64,000 nt of DNA from Spirochaetia bacterium (GCA_963677925.2 CAXXYH010000004.1:2240001-2304000), one strand, 5' to 3'; positions 17,224 to 26,187 are shown, counted from the first letter of the stretch. Notes: a model not told the origin generated them from the sequence alone. Numbers and translations: made by a program.

Positions 17224-18028
17224 TGCTCAGGCCAAAGAGGAATATACAGATAAACTCAAGGATTTTAAGGTTGAACTGGAACGTCTCAGGGAATCTGAAT
17301 ATAACCTCGGAACGATTGCAAGGCGGGAACGGGATAAAACAGGTGCCGGATTTCTAAGGGTTGCTGATGAAAACCTCAATATCGTATCCTATCTGGTCCT
17401 GATGAATAACCTTTCTGTTGCAATGCTGGGAATTAAAAATGATGCTTATCTTAATGAGGCTAGAAAAACCTGTTATAAAGCCATTATCAGCATAGAAGAT
17501 GCTGTCTCGAATTTTATAGATGTGCCGTATTCTGAATATGAAGATCGGCTTGAAAAACTGAAAAATGTGGATCAGAAACAGCGATGGACTTTAATCCGGA
17601 AACTCGGTTTTGCAATTCAGTCGGTCAAAGAGGGGTTCGGCGAAAATACAAAATGGAGATGGTCTTTTGCGGAAATTGAAGCAAGATTTGCAATCGTTGC
17701 AAAGAATCTTCTGGATCTGAAAACTCTCACTGCAGGCCTTGACCCCAGGGCTGAGTTCTACCGGGAGAGACAGGCTCATCTGAAGCTTGTAAAGAAACTG
17801 CTTCAGTCCGCGGCTGACGGCTATCGGGAGAAATATGAGCTTTCCACACTTCGTATCGATGATTTCAAACTTGCAATAAATTATCTTGGTGCACTCAGAC
17901 GCCTCAACGCGATTGTCGGCGAACCCGAAGAGGCGAATGATCTGAAAAAGAAAATCGATGTCTGGAAAAGTAAAATGGATCAGGATATCAAGAAAAAAGA
18001 ATCAGCCTCGAAATCCGGTTCTATATAG
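17210..18028 (+). CDS. Hypothetical all-helical protein coupled to recN
   Basis: 272-aa ORF with a GTG start overlapping the recN end. No recognised domain. Confidence 0.8.
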   Translation: MGKISAQAKEEYTDKLKDFKVELERLRESEYNLGTIARRERDKTGAGFLRVADENLNIVSYLVLMNNLSVAMLGIKNDAYLNEARKTCYKAIISIEDAVSNFIDVPYSEYEDRLEKLKNVDQKQRWTLIRKLGFAIQSVKEGFGENTKWRWSFAEIEARFAIVAKNLLDLKTLTAGLDPRAEFYRERQAHLKLVKKLLQSAADGYREKYELSTLRIDDFKLAINYLGALRRLNAIVGEPEEANDLKKKIDVWKSKMDQDIKKKESASKSGSI

Positions 18029-18035
18029 TCTTCCT

Positions 18036-18452
18036 TTATTCGGAATATTTTCCGTCTTTAAGTTCTTCCAATGCGTCAAATGGCATCAGTTCCCCTGTTG
18101 TGGTGCTTACGAAGTTATTCATATCTTCTCCGCAAAAATAAACCGGAAAATCTTTAAGCGTGAATTCCGAAATAACCTGTCTGCATGCGCCGCAGGGTGA
18201 AACAGGATATTCGGCTCTGGGGCATGCTATTGCAAGGGCTTTAAAATTTCTTATTCCCAGAGATATCGCTTTTACTATAGCGCTTCGTTCCGCACATATT
18301 GTTAGTCCGAATGAACGGTTCTCAACATTTGCTCCGGTAATTACCTCACCGTTTTCACAGAGCAGTGCAGCCCCAACCGGGAAATGTGAATATGGTGAAT
18401 AAGTTTCTTCAGCAGCTTTTCTTGCTTCCTGCAGCAGTTCTTCTGGTTTCAC
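18036..18452 (-). CDS. cdd: Cytidine deaminase
   Basis: YSPYSHFPVGAA, GANVEN, CAERSAI, PCGACRQ. Confidence 0.95.
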   Translation of the reverse strand: MKPEELLQEARKAAEETYSPYSHFPVGAALLCENGEVITGANVENRSFGLTICAERSAIVKAISLGIRNFKALAIACPRAEYPVSPCGACRQVISEFTLKDFPVYFCGEDMNNFVSTTTGELMPFDALEELKDGKYSE

Positions 18453-18543
18453 AGTGTACTCCTTGGGTGAAATTGCCGAAACTGTAAACAGTGTTTGACA
18501 GTGTCACACCTAATAGTATAGGATGCAATTGAATGTGGGAGCA

Positions 18544-19599
18544 ATGAAAAAAAGATTTACTATCGGAATATTTTTTATCGTACTTGCTGCATACACCTTG
18601 ATTTTTCCCCATTTTATCAGGAAAGAGTTGGTGTTTCTGCCTTCATGGGCAACCGTGATACCGGAAGAACATACTGCAGCCCCGGCGGATCCAGGAGATT
18701 TGGTACCTTTCAAGTTCAGCGGAAAGTTCGGCTATATCAGCCCCTCCGGAATGCTTGCCTACTCAGACAGCTTTCTCTCTGATGCCGCTGTTGCCGGAGA
18801 TTTTTTTATTAACTATTCAAATGTCTCGGAACGCCTGGTTATGCAGGATCAGAACGGCCGAATTCTCAACAGTATCGATACTGAAGGATATCCGTTTTTT
18901 CTTAATGAAAGATTCTATGTAATATCGGCCGACAGAATGACAGTTTCGGAATATGATGAGGAGGGGGAGGTTTTGTGGACTGTCTCTCCCGGAGCAATGA
19001 TCACCTGTGCTGATGCCAGCTCCAAATACACACTGCTTGGACTTCTTAACGGAGATGTTCTTCTCTTTGATCATGACGGAACTCAGCTTTTCTCTTTCTT
19101 CTCGACAGAGAGCAGATACAGTGCCGTTTACGGCTGCTCGATTACCGCTGACGGCAGCAGTTTTGCTGTAGTCTCCGGGCTTAATCCTCAGAAACTTATC
19201 GTTTTTCAGAAACGGAATGAAAAATACAGCCGGATCTTTACATCTGATACTGCTGAACAGGTCAGACGTAACCTTTACCTGGATTTTTCCAGAGACGGTA
19301 AGTACTTGTATCTGGAAACATCAGAAGGCCTGGCTTTTTATCATACTGTCAAATTTGAAGACGGAATGAAACCTCTTGAGGGAAGGATAGTTTACTCCAG
19401 TATTGCTTCAGAAAAAGGTCTGTCCTATGTTGTCACCCACGAAGGCAGTAAAGCCCTGCTTAATGTTTACAGAAATGACATTGGCAGTCTTGCGGATTTC
19501 AGTTTTCCGTTTGAGGATTTTTTCTTTTATCCAGCTGACGGATGTCTCTATGTAGGATCAGGCGATACATTGGTCAGAATTGACATAATTGAAGGATAA
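18544..19599 (+). CDS. Exported or membrane-anchored beta-propeller-like protein
   Basis: N-terminal hydrophobic segment, then WD40/PQQ-like beta-strand repeats (DFSRDGKYLY). ATG 18544 has a GGGAG RBS (track start 18523). Confidence 0.7.
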   Translation: MKKRFTIGIFFIVLAAYTLIFPHFIRKELVFLPSWATVIPEEHTAAPADPGDLVPFKFSGKFGYISPSGMLAYSDSFLSDAAVAGDFFINYSNVSERLVMQDQNGRILNSIDTEGYPFFLNERFYVISADRMTVSEYDEEGEVLWTVSPGAMITCADASSKYTLLGLLNGDVLLFDHDGTQLFSFFSTESRYSAVYGCSITADGSSFAVVSGLNPQKLIVFQKRNEKYSRIFTSDTAEQVRRNLYLDFSRDGKYLYLETSEGLAFYHTVKFEDGMKPLEGRIVYSSIASEKGLSYVVTHEGSKALLNVYRNDIGSLADFSFPFEDFFFYPADGCLYVGSGDTLVRIDIIEG

Positions 19600-20482
19600 C
19601 GGATTGAAGAATAAAAGCTTCTTTTTGATATTTATATTTATTCTCACGGGATTAAGCGGTCTATCCGCTTTTGACTGGCCTGTTTCGGACGCCTTGATCA
19701 CAAGTACATTCGGTACTGAAAAATGGGGCGGATTTTCTTCCGGGATCGATTTATCGTCGGATTCTGCAGAGGTCAGCCCGTCAGAGGCCGGTGAGGTAAT
19801 ATTCTATGCTGATGAGAATTCCATTTGTGCAATCCCGGCAGGTCTTGGTTCTTTTGTCGTTATTGAGCATGAACGCAAGCTCCGAACCATATATGGAAAT
19901 CTTGAAGAGGGCAGCATTGAAACCGAAAAGACTTCGGTGAATACCGATGATATAATAGGAAAAGCCGGACAATCCGGAAACTCAGTTAAACCGCATCTTT
20001 TCTTTGCTGTTCTTGACAGCGAATTTGAACAGTATGTAAATCCTCTGCTTGTACTTAATTCCATATCAGATACCGAGAAACCGGTTATACGTGAAATCGG
20101 CTTTTCTACTGCCTCAGGCTACTATCCAGTAAGCGGAAAACCTGTCCTGCAGGCCGGAAATGCTGAACTTACCGCTGAAATATTTGATCCTTCACTTTCA
20201 TCAGCCTATTTTGCGCAGATGGCTCCATATAAGATACATCTTTTCCTCAACGGTGAGGAAATATTCTATATCGGCTTTGAATCTGTCGTAACGAACGGCG
20301 GTATTAGTATGACTAAGACCCCGGTAGAATTTTCGGCTCCTGACTTTTTCAAGGCGGACGGCAAGGTTTCTCTCGGACGGATTAATCTTGTTCCAGGAGA
20401 GTCCAGATTTGAAATCCTGGTAAGCGACTATGCGGGTAATGAAACAAGCAGCAGCTTTCGTATAACTGTAACCGGTAACTGA
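19589..20482 (+). CDS. Exported M23/LytM-family protein with degenerate Zn site
   Basis: Signal peptide, FDWPV, ITSTFG, GIDL, GSFVVIEH, IGKAGQSGNS..PHL. Alternative TTG start at 19604. Confidence 0.8.
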   Translation: MKDNGLKNKSFFLIFIFILTGLSGLSAFDWPVSDALITSTFGTEKWGGFSSGIDLSSDSAEVSPSEAGEVIFYADENSICAIPAGLGSFVVIEHERKLRTIYGNLEEGSIETEKTSVNTDDIIGKAGQSGNSVKPHLFFAVLDSEFEQYVNPLLVLNSISDTEKPVIREIGFSTASGYYPVSGKPVLQAGNAELTAEIFDPSLSSAYFAQMAPYKIHLFLNGEEIFYIGFESVVTNGGISMTKTPVEFSAPDFFKADGKVSLGRINLVPGESRFEILVSDYAGNETSSSFRITVTGN

Positions 20483-21352
20483 GTGAAAACATTCTCCAGA
20501 ATTCCTTCTGAAAAAAACAGCAGGGAAATTCCCTGCAGCCTCTGCGGAGCTGAAAATCACCGCCTTCTGTGGCAGTTTGACGGTTGGCAGTATGTGAAAT
20601 GCCGAAGCTGCGGCCTGGTTTACCAGTCTCCCCAGCCCGTAGCTGATGAGCTGGTTGAAAGATATGACGGTGAATACTGCAGTTATGAACTTGAGAACCA
20701 GGAAGCCTTTTTTAATCTTATGCTGCTGGGGCTGCGCGATGCCGGCTTTTACAGGCTTGAGAGCAAGCTCCTGGCTGATAGTAGTGATAATCCGGAGTCC
20801 GAACCGCTTTCCTTTATAGATGTGGGCTGTGCAACTGGTAAACTTGTTGAATATATGCAGAACCGGGGCTGGAATTCCTCCGGTATTGAAGTTTGTGAAT
20901 CGGCTGCACAGTACGGAATCGAGCACAGAGGCGTATCTATTCACATCGGGCCTGCAGAAAGTTCCGGAATTAACGATTCCTCAGTTGATCTTATCCACTG
21001 TTCTCATTTGATAGAGCACCTTAACAATCCTGATGCATATTTAAAATGGTGCTTTAGGGTTCTCAAACCAGGCGGGCATCTGATAGTAGTTACCCCGGAT
21101 ATCAGTGGAATGCAGGCGGTATTGTTCGGGCATGAATGGCGTTCTGCAATAGCTGATCATATGTATCTGTTTTCAGGCAGGACCCTACGCAGAATGCTTG
21201 AGAAAAACGGTTTCAAAATTAAAAAGCAAAAAACATGGGGTGGTCTTGCAGCCGGAACGGCACCTTTGCCCTTAAAAAAAGCAGCAGACAAACTGGTAAA
21301 ATTTACCGGCTGGGGTGATGTAGTCTGTATATTGGCTACCAAAGCTGCCTGA
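20483..21352 (+). CDS. Class I SAM-dependent methyltransferase with N-terminal CxxC...CxxC
   Basis: CSLC/CRSC, DVGCATG, HLIEHL, LKPGG. Confidence 0.88.
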   Translation: MKTFSRIPSEKNSREIPCSLCGAENHRLLWQFDGWQYVKCRSCGLVYQSPQPVADELVERYDGEYCSYELENQEAFFNLMLLGLRDAGFYRLESKLLADSSDNPESEPLSFIDVGCATGKLVEYMQNRGWNSSGIEVCESAAQYGIEHRGVSIHIGPAESSGINDSSVDLIHCSHLIEHLNNPDAYLKWCFRVLKPGGHLIVVTPDISGMQAVLFGHEWRSAIADHMYLFSGRTLRRMLEKNGFKIKKQKTWGGLAAGTAPLPLKKAADKLVKFTGWGDVVCILATKAA

Positions 21353-21356
21353 TGTA

Positions 21357-21385
21357 TTGACATAACATATTCATTTATCTAGGAT
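21357..21385 (+). promoter_or_regulatory. Sigma70-type promoter of DUF4912-GH57
   Basis: TTGACA-N17-TAGGAT upstream of the GGAGG RBS. Confidence 0.65.
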
Positions 21386-21412
21386 AAACGTTGGTTGTAC
21401 TGGAGGAAGTAA

Positions 21413-22141
21413 ATGACTGAAGAGCGCCTGCAGCTTCTGCCCGAGGATTTCCTGAGAGAAATAGCAGCGAAAGAGGGTATCAGCTTTGATGATTCAATTG
21501 ATAAGGCTGAGCTTATCGATTTGATTCTTGATGCAATTGAGGAAGATCGTTCCGAGAAGGACCTTGCCAATAATCCGGCAATGCGTATCAAAGAAACCAA
21601 ATTTGACATCACACTAAACGAACAGTTTGATTTTGACGAAGATAAATATCCCCTGCCTGAAAAATATAATGAAACAAGAATAATGATGCTTCTTAGGGAT
21701 CCGGCCTGGGCATATACCTACTGGGATGTTAAGGAATCCGATATTGCCGCCGTTAAATATGGTGCAGCAAAGGGATCTCTTTTTCTCAGAGTCTATGAAC
21801 TGCTTGAAGGCGAGTTTAGTAAGAAAAACATCGCGGATTTCTTCGATATTCCGGTAAAACTTGATGATAATGACTGGTATATCAACCTTCCTGAGCCGGG
21901 AATCCATTATTGTGCAGAACTTATTCTGGATACTTCAAAGAATGAGAAAGTTCTATGCCGCTCGAATGTGGTACTAAGCCCTCTGTGGGAAGTTTCTGAA
22001 CCCGACGACCTTGCAATACTTAAAGGATCAGGCAATGATCTTCTGCTGGTTGCCGGCTTATATGACCTGGGGCTGGAGGGATCGTCTAGTAAGGTTCCCC
22101 AGCGGATTATATCTATGATAGATACCGAATTTCTGGAGTAA
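21413..22141 (+). CDS. DUF4912 domain protein with Rho-N-like N-terminus
   Basis: LREIA..KAELIDLI N-terminus, LPEKYNETRIMMLLRDPAWAYTYWD, WYINL, RSN. Confidence 0.8.
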   Translation: MTEERLQLLPEDFLREIAAKEGISFDDSIDKAELIDLILDAIEEDRSEKDLANNPAMRIKETKFDITLNEQFDFDEDKYPLPEKYNETRIMMLLRDPAWAYTYWDVKESDIAAVKYGAAKGSLFLRVYELLEGEFSKKNIADFFDIPVKLDDNDWYINLPEPGIHYCAELILDTSKNEKVLCRSNVVLSPLWEVSEPDDLAILKGSGNDLLLVAGLYDLGLEGSSSKVPQRIISMIDTEFLE

Positions 22142-22148
22142 ACAGTTT

Positions 22149-23747
22149 ATGAGCATCGAAAAAGGATATCTTAGTCTTGTTCTGCATTCCCATCTTCCCT
22201 ATGTACATCATCCAGAGAAAGAAAACTGTCTTGAAGAACACTGGTTTTTTGACGCACTGGCTGAAACTTACCTTCCGATGCTGAAGATGCTTACATCGCT
22301 GCATGAAGAGGGTGTTCCTTACAGACTTACTCTGTCAATTTCACCGACACTTACCACAATGCTGATGGATGAACTTCTGCAGGAGAGATTTGTAACCTAT
22401 CTTGAAAACAGAATACTTCTTGGCGAAAAAGAACTCGTAAGAACCCAGAATAATCCGGAGCTTTATAAGCTTGCACAGATGTACAAGGCTCATTATGAGC
22501 AGGATCTTGATGATTTCGAAAATTTATATAAAAGAAACCTCATAAAAGGTTTTAAATATCTTGAAAAAGCGGGCTGTATAGAAATTATAACAACAGCAGC
22601 TACACATGCATTTCTTCCGCTTTACCAGGAATTTCCCCGTATTATTGAAGCCCAGATACACACTGCCGTTATTTCATACAGCAGGGTATTCGGGAAGGCT
22701 CCGAAGGGTATGTGGATTCCTGAGCTTGGCTATTTTCCGGGGCTTGGAAAATACCTTAAGCAGCATGGAATTGATTACAGTTTTATTGCTGCTCATGGGC
22801 AGCTCTTCGCAAAGAAAAAATCAAAATACGGAGTATATGCTCCTGTCCAGACAAGCAGCGGAATACTTGCCTTTTCAAGGGATATTCCTGCATCCAGAGC
22901 AGTATGGTCCGATGAAGACGGATATCCTGCAGATCAGGTTTACCGTGATTTTACGCAGGATATTGGTTTTAATCTTGATTTTGATTATATAGGTCCCCAT
23001 ATTTATGAAGATAAGGTCAGGCTTTCAACCGGATACAAATACTATAGAATTGACGGCGGAGAAAAAGGTCATATCTACAGACCGGAAGCTGCTGCTAAAA
23101 AAGCTTTGGAGCATGCAGACAATTTCATTTATATGCGCCGTAAACAGGTTAAGAAACTTGCACCTCTTCTTGATCGTCCGCCTATTATTGTCTGCCCCAA
23201 CGACTCCGAAATATTCGGGCGCTGGTGGTATGAGGGCTTAATCTGGCTGGAAAAAGTACTCCGGTATGCTTCTACTGCAGAAGACCTAGGACTTAGAACT
23301 CCTAGTGATTATATAGAAGAATTTCCCACAACTGAAAAGGTTGAGCCTATATACTCCAGCTGGGGCAACAAGGGGTATGGAGCAGTCTGGCTTGACGGAA
23401 GCAATGACTGGGTCTACCGACATGTTCACAAGGCTTCTGAGCGTATGCAGGAACTTGTGGCCAGATTCCCTGATGAGTCGGGACTGAAAAAGAGAGTTCT
23501 TGATCAGGCAGCCAGGGAGGTTCTCCTTGCTCAGGCTTCAGACTGGCCCTTTATAATGAAGACCTGCCGCAGTGCTGATTATGCACAGATGCGTGTAAAG
23601 CGCCATCTGTTCAACTTTAACCAGATTTACGATAATCTCTGCAGAAATACTGTTAATACCGAGTGGCTGACAAGGATAGAGAAGGAGAATAAGATTTTTC
23701 CGGATCTTGATTACAGAATATTCGGGGGAAGACAGTCAATAACCTGA
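22149..23747 (+). CDS. GH57 1,4-alpha-glucan branching enzyme (DUF1957)
   Basis: LHSHLPYV, ETYLP, ATHAFLP, nucleophile WIPE, acid/base DSEIFG-WWYEG, LAQASDWPF. Confidence 0.9.
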   Translation: MSIEKGYLSLVLHSHLPYVHHPEKENCLEEHWFFDALAETYLPMLKMLTSLHEEGVPYRLTLSISPTLTTMLMDELLQERFVTYLENRILLGEKELVRTQNNPELYKLAQMYKAHYEQDLDDFENLYKRNLIKGFKYLEKAGCIEIITTAATHAFLPLYQEFPRIIEAQIHTAVISYSRVFGKAPKGMWIPELGYFPGLGKYLKQHGIDYSFIAAHGQLFAKKKSKYGVYAPVQTSSGILAFSRDIPASRAVWSDEDGYPADQVYRDFTQDIGFNLDFDYIGPHIYEDKVRLSTGYKYYRIDGGEKGHIYRPEAAAKKALEHADNFIYMRRKQVKKLAPLLDRPPIIVCPNDSEIFGRWWYEGLIWLEKVLRYASTAEDLGLRTPSDYIEEFPTTEKVEPIYSSWGNKGYGAVWLDGSNDWVYRHVHKASERMQELVARFPDESGLKKRVLDQAAREVLLAQASDWPFIMKTCRSADYAQMRVKRHLFNFNQIYDNLCRNTVNTEWLTRIEKENKIFPDLDYRIFGGRQSIT

Positions 23748-23765
23748 GGACGGGCCTGTCCTCAG
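23744..23765. terminator. Hairpin joining two convergent stop codons
   Basis: CTGAGGAC-gggcct-GTCCTCAG. Each arm contains the TGA of one of the convergent ORFs. Confidence 0.5.
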
Positions 23766-24004
23766 CGGCAGAGTTCCGCAGTTTCATTCACAGACAGCTG
23801 CTCAAGATAGTACCTGATAACCGGTCCGTTGTTGGTATTCTCAGTTGATTTTCGGTAGACCCGATATACGATCATCCTGGGGGTTGGAAGCGGAAGACTC
23901 TGCGGGAATCCATTAATATCTACAAGTTCGTTAAATCTCAGTTCACGCTCAACTTCCCTGGTGTCTCCTTCCGGGTAGACTATAATGCATGTTGTGAATG
24001 TCAG
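23762..24004 (-). CDS. Hypothetical 80-aa protein, probable CTG start (absent from ORF track)
   Basis: Open frame (L/M)TFTTCIIVYPEGDTREVERELRFNELVDINGFPQSLPLPTPRMIVYRVYRK...YYLEQLSVNETAELCR*. CTG overlaps the upstream TGA (CTGA), with GGAGG 7 nt upstream. Confidence 0.65.
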   Translation of the reverse strand: MTFTTCIIVYPEGDTREVERELRFNELVDINGFPQSLPLPTPRMIVYRVYRKSTENTNNGPVIRYYLEQLSVNETAELCR

Positions 24005-24303
24005 AGCTCATCCTCCATTTCCTGCTTATCAATCAGTTTGAAATTCATCATCTTTTTAGCGGGTTTTTCCTCTTCTTTTAGTTCCTCGATAAGTGAAACT
24101 GTCTGAAAGGGGATCATTAGATGCTCTGCCTTTCCGAAAAATCTTCTCACATCATCTTCTGCCGGATCAATTATGAGCTTTGATTCGCTGTTGAAGATGA
24201 GATCTTTTATTGAAACGAAGTAGGGATGTGTAAGATCAAGGCTTGCCGCCTTAAGCTGGATATCTTTTTCCTTCCATTTAAAGTGAACCCGGTAAACTGA
24301 CAT
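24001..24303 (-). CDS. DUF1820-like hypothetical protein
   Basis: YRVHF...FVSIKDLIF...IIDPAEDDVRRFF...IPFQTVSLIEE pattern. Confidence 0.7.
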   Translation of the reverse strand: MSVYRVHFKWKEKDIQLKAASLDLTHPYFVSIKDLIFNSESKLIIDPAEDDVRRFFGKAEHLMIPFQTVSLIEELKEEEKPAKKMMNFKLIDKQEMEDEL

Positions 24304-24405
24304 AGTTTATTGATAATGATAAATCGCTAAAAAAGCTACTATACAAAAGTTAAGCTGATATTATCGGTTAATCCGGACTTATTCTTTAATTCTTTTAAAA
24401 AAAGG

Positions 24406-24477
24406 TTTAAAAAAGGAATTTGATGGTTTACTATAAAAATGGGTGGGGAAAAGTGGGAAAAAATAGGAGTTTGTGGA
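24406..24477 (+). promoter_or_regulatory. dcw promoter with MraZ-binding boxes
   Basis: TTTAAA-N17-TACTAT (24406-24434), followed by GTGG boxes at 10-bp phasing: 24443, 24453, degenerate 24463, and 24473. Confidence 0.75.
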
Positions 24478-24486
24478 TCAACTGAT

Positions 24487-24927
24487 ATGATTACCGGTGA
24501 ATTCAGGAATAATCTTGACGATAAGGGCAGAATGCAGGTCCCGTCCCGTATTCGAAATCTTATCCCGGGAAATGTTCTGGTAATTACACGGGGTATCGAT
24601 AAATGTCTGTGGGTTTACACTCCTGAAGAATGGAAGCGTGTTGCTTCACTGATTCTTGATTCCACTTCAGTTTTTAAATCCAAGACGAGACTTCTGCAGA
24701 GAAGAATTATTGCCCCCGCCCATGAATGTGAAATTGATAAGTCCGGAAGAATTAATATTCCCCCGTCATTGAGGGAGGCTGCCGGGCTTCAGAAGGAAGT
24801 TGTCCTTCTGGCAATGGAAAAATATATGGAAATCTGGGATGAGTCTGAATACAGTACTTATCTGGATGAGAGTGAGGAGGAGTTTCTTGCTGCTGCAGAA
24901 GATCTGGGTGATCTTCTTAATATGTAG
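24487..24927 (+). CDS. mraZ: Transcriptional regulator MraZ
   Basis: LDDKGR and IDKSGRI repeats, first gene of the dcw cluster. Start MITGEF. Confidence 0.95.
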   Translation: MITGEFRNNLDDKGRMQVPSRIRNLIPGNVLVITRGIDKCLWVYTPEEWKRVASLILDSTSVFKSKTRLLQRRIIAPAHECEIDKSGRINIPPSLREAAGLQKEVVLLAMEKYMEIWDESEYSTYLDESEEEFLAAAEDLGDLLNM

Positions 24928-24947
24928 CTGCGGGAACAGGGCCGTTC

Positions 24948-25892
24948 ATGGATATTGTTCATACATCGGTGCTTCGGGAGGAAGTCTTTGAGCTTCTGAA
25001 ACCTGAGGCGGAAGAAAAACTGCTTATTGACTGTACCCTTGGCGAGGGTGGTCATTCCGAGATGTTTCTGCAGAGATGTCCCGGACTGAATGTTGTAGGG
25101 CTTGATGCCGACAGCACGATCATGTCTGTCGCCAAAGAGCGTCTTTCGGTTTTCGGCGGAAGGATGCGTTTTTACAATGAGTGGTTCAACCAGTTTTTCA
25201 GAACTTATCCTCTGGGAGATGAACGGCCCGACCTCATTCTTTTTGATCTGGGGATCTCTGTTTATCATTATGAAAAATCAGGCAGGGGGTTTTCCTTTCT
25301 TCGGGAGGAAGCTCTTGATATGCGTCTTAATCCGTCGCTTGAAATAAGTGCTGCTGATATCATTAATACTTATCCCGAGTCTGAAATAGCTGATCTAATC
25401 TATAAATATGGAGAAGAGAGGTATTCCAGACGCTTTGCGAAAGCAATTTGTGAAGACAGACAGAAGGAGAAAATCCTGACTACTAAAGCCCTTGCAGATC
25501 TGATAAGCAGGGTTTCTCCTCCGGAATACAGGCGCGGACGCATTCATCCGGCAACCAGAACCTTTCAGGCATTGAGAATTTCCGTTAACGGAGAGCTCGC
25601 AAGGCTTGAGAACGCATTAGAGAATGCATTGAAAACCCTGAAACCCGGCGGGCGGATGGGAGTTATTACTTTTCATTCTCTTGAAGACCGCATTGTTAAA
25701 CACTTTTTTAAAGATAAAAACAGATCCTGTACTTGTCCTCCTGAACAGCCGATATGTAACTGTGGGGGTGAAAGGGTTGTTGAAATACTTACCCGTAAAC
25801 CCGTTCGACCGCTTGATGAGGAAATTAAAACAAATGCCCCGTCAAGAAGTTCGAAATTCAGAGTTATTCGGAAACTCAGGGATGAAGACTGA
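24948..25892 (+). CDS. rsmH: 16S rRNA m4C1402 methyltransferase
   Basis: HTSVL, DCTLGEGGHS, DLGIS, LDMR, HPATRTFQALRI, FHSLEDRIVK. Confidence 0.96.
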   Translation: MDIVHTSVLREEVFELLKPEAEEKLLIDCTLGEGGHSEMFLQRCPGLNVVGLDADSTIMSVAKERLSVFGGRMRFYNEWFNQFFRTYPLGDERPDLILFDLGISVYHYEKSGRGFSFLREEALDMRLNPSLEISAADIINTYPESEIADLIYKYGEERYSRRFAKAICEDRQKEKILTTKALADLISRVSPPEYRRGRIHPATRTFQALRISVNGELARLENALENALKTLKPGGRMGVITFHSLEDRIVKHFFKDKNRSCTCPPEQPICNCGGERVVEILTRKPVRPLDEEIKTNAPSRSSKFRVIRKLRDED

Positions 25893-25893
25893 T

Positions 25894-26187
25894 ATGATAA
25901 AGAGGATTGTAATAGTACTGCTTGTACTGCTGCTGCCGGCGCTACTGTTTGCCGCAGTCTGGCAGTCTTACAGGTATGACAGCCTGGAGGCTTCGGTTAC
26001 CGAACTTGAGGGGCGGCAGAAAGAGCTTTTTGAAGAAAATAAGAAAATTGTAATGGGGATAGAGTTTCTGAAATCCCCTTTCAGGATTAACAAGATAGCA
26101 GAAGAAAAACTGAAGCTCGAAAAAATCAAACCCGAGAAGGTTATCCGGATTGAGCTGCTTCCGCAGGGAGGCCGGCAGGATGGCTGA
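25894..26187 (+). CDS. ftsL: Cell division protein FtsL-like
   Basis: One TM plus a leucine-zipper coiled coil, SPFRINKIAEEKL. Lies between rsmH and murF. Alternative ATG at 25882. Confidence 0.75.
   Translation: MIKRIVIVLLVLLLPALLFAAVWQSYRYDSLEASVTELEGRQKELFEENKKIVMGIEFLKSPFRINKIAEEKLKLEKIKPEKVIRIELLPQGGRQDG

Noticed and set aside
13622-21352. DegT-like gene plus methyltransferase as a glycosylation or secondary-metabolite cluster
   Set aside because: The genes are in separate transcription units, there are no glycosyltransferases or dehydratases, and the DegT protein lacks its catalytic Lys.
24439-24486. Upstream ATG for mraZ
   Set aside because: It runs through the GTGG operator boxes right at the predicted TSS. 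MITGEF matches the usual MraZ start.
25681-25893. 168-aa version of the ftsL ORF
   Set aside because: It overlaps rsmH by about 200 nt. The TM plus coiled-coil protein begins at 25882 or 25894.
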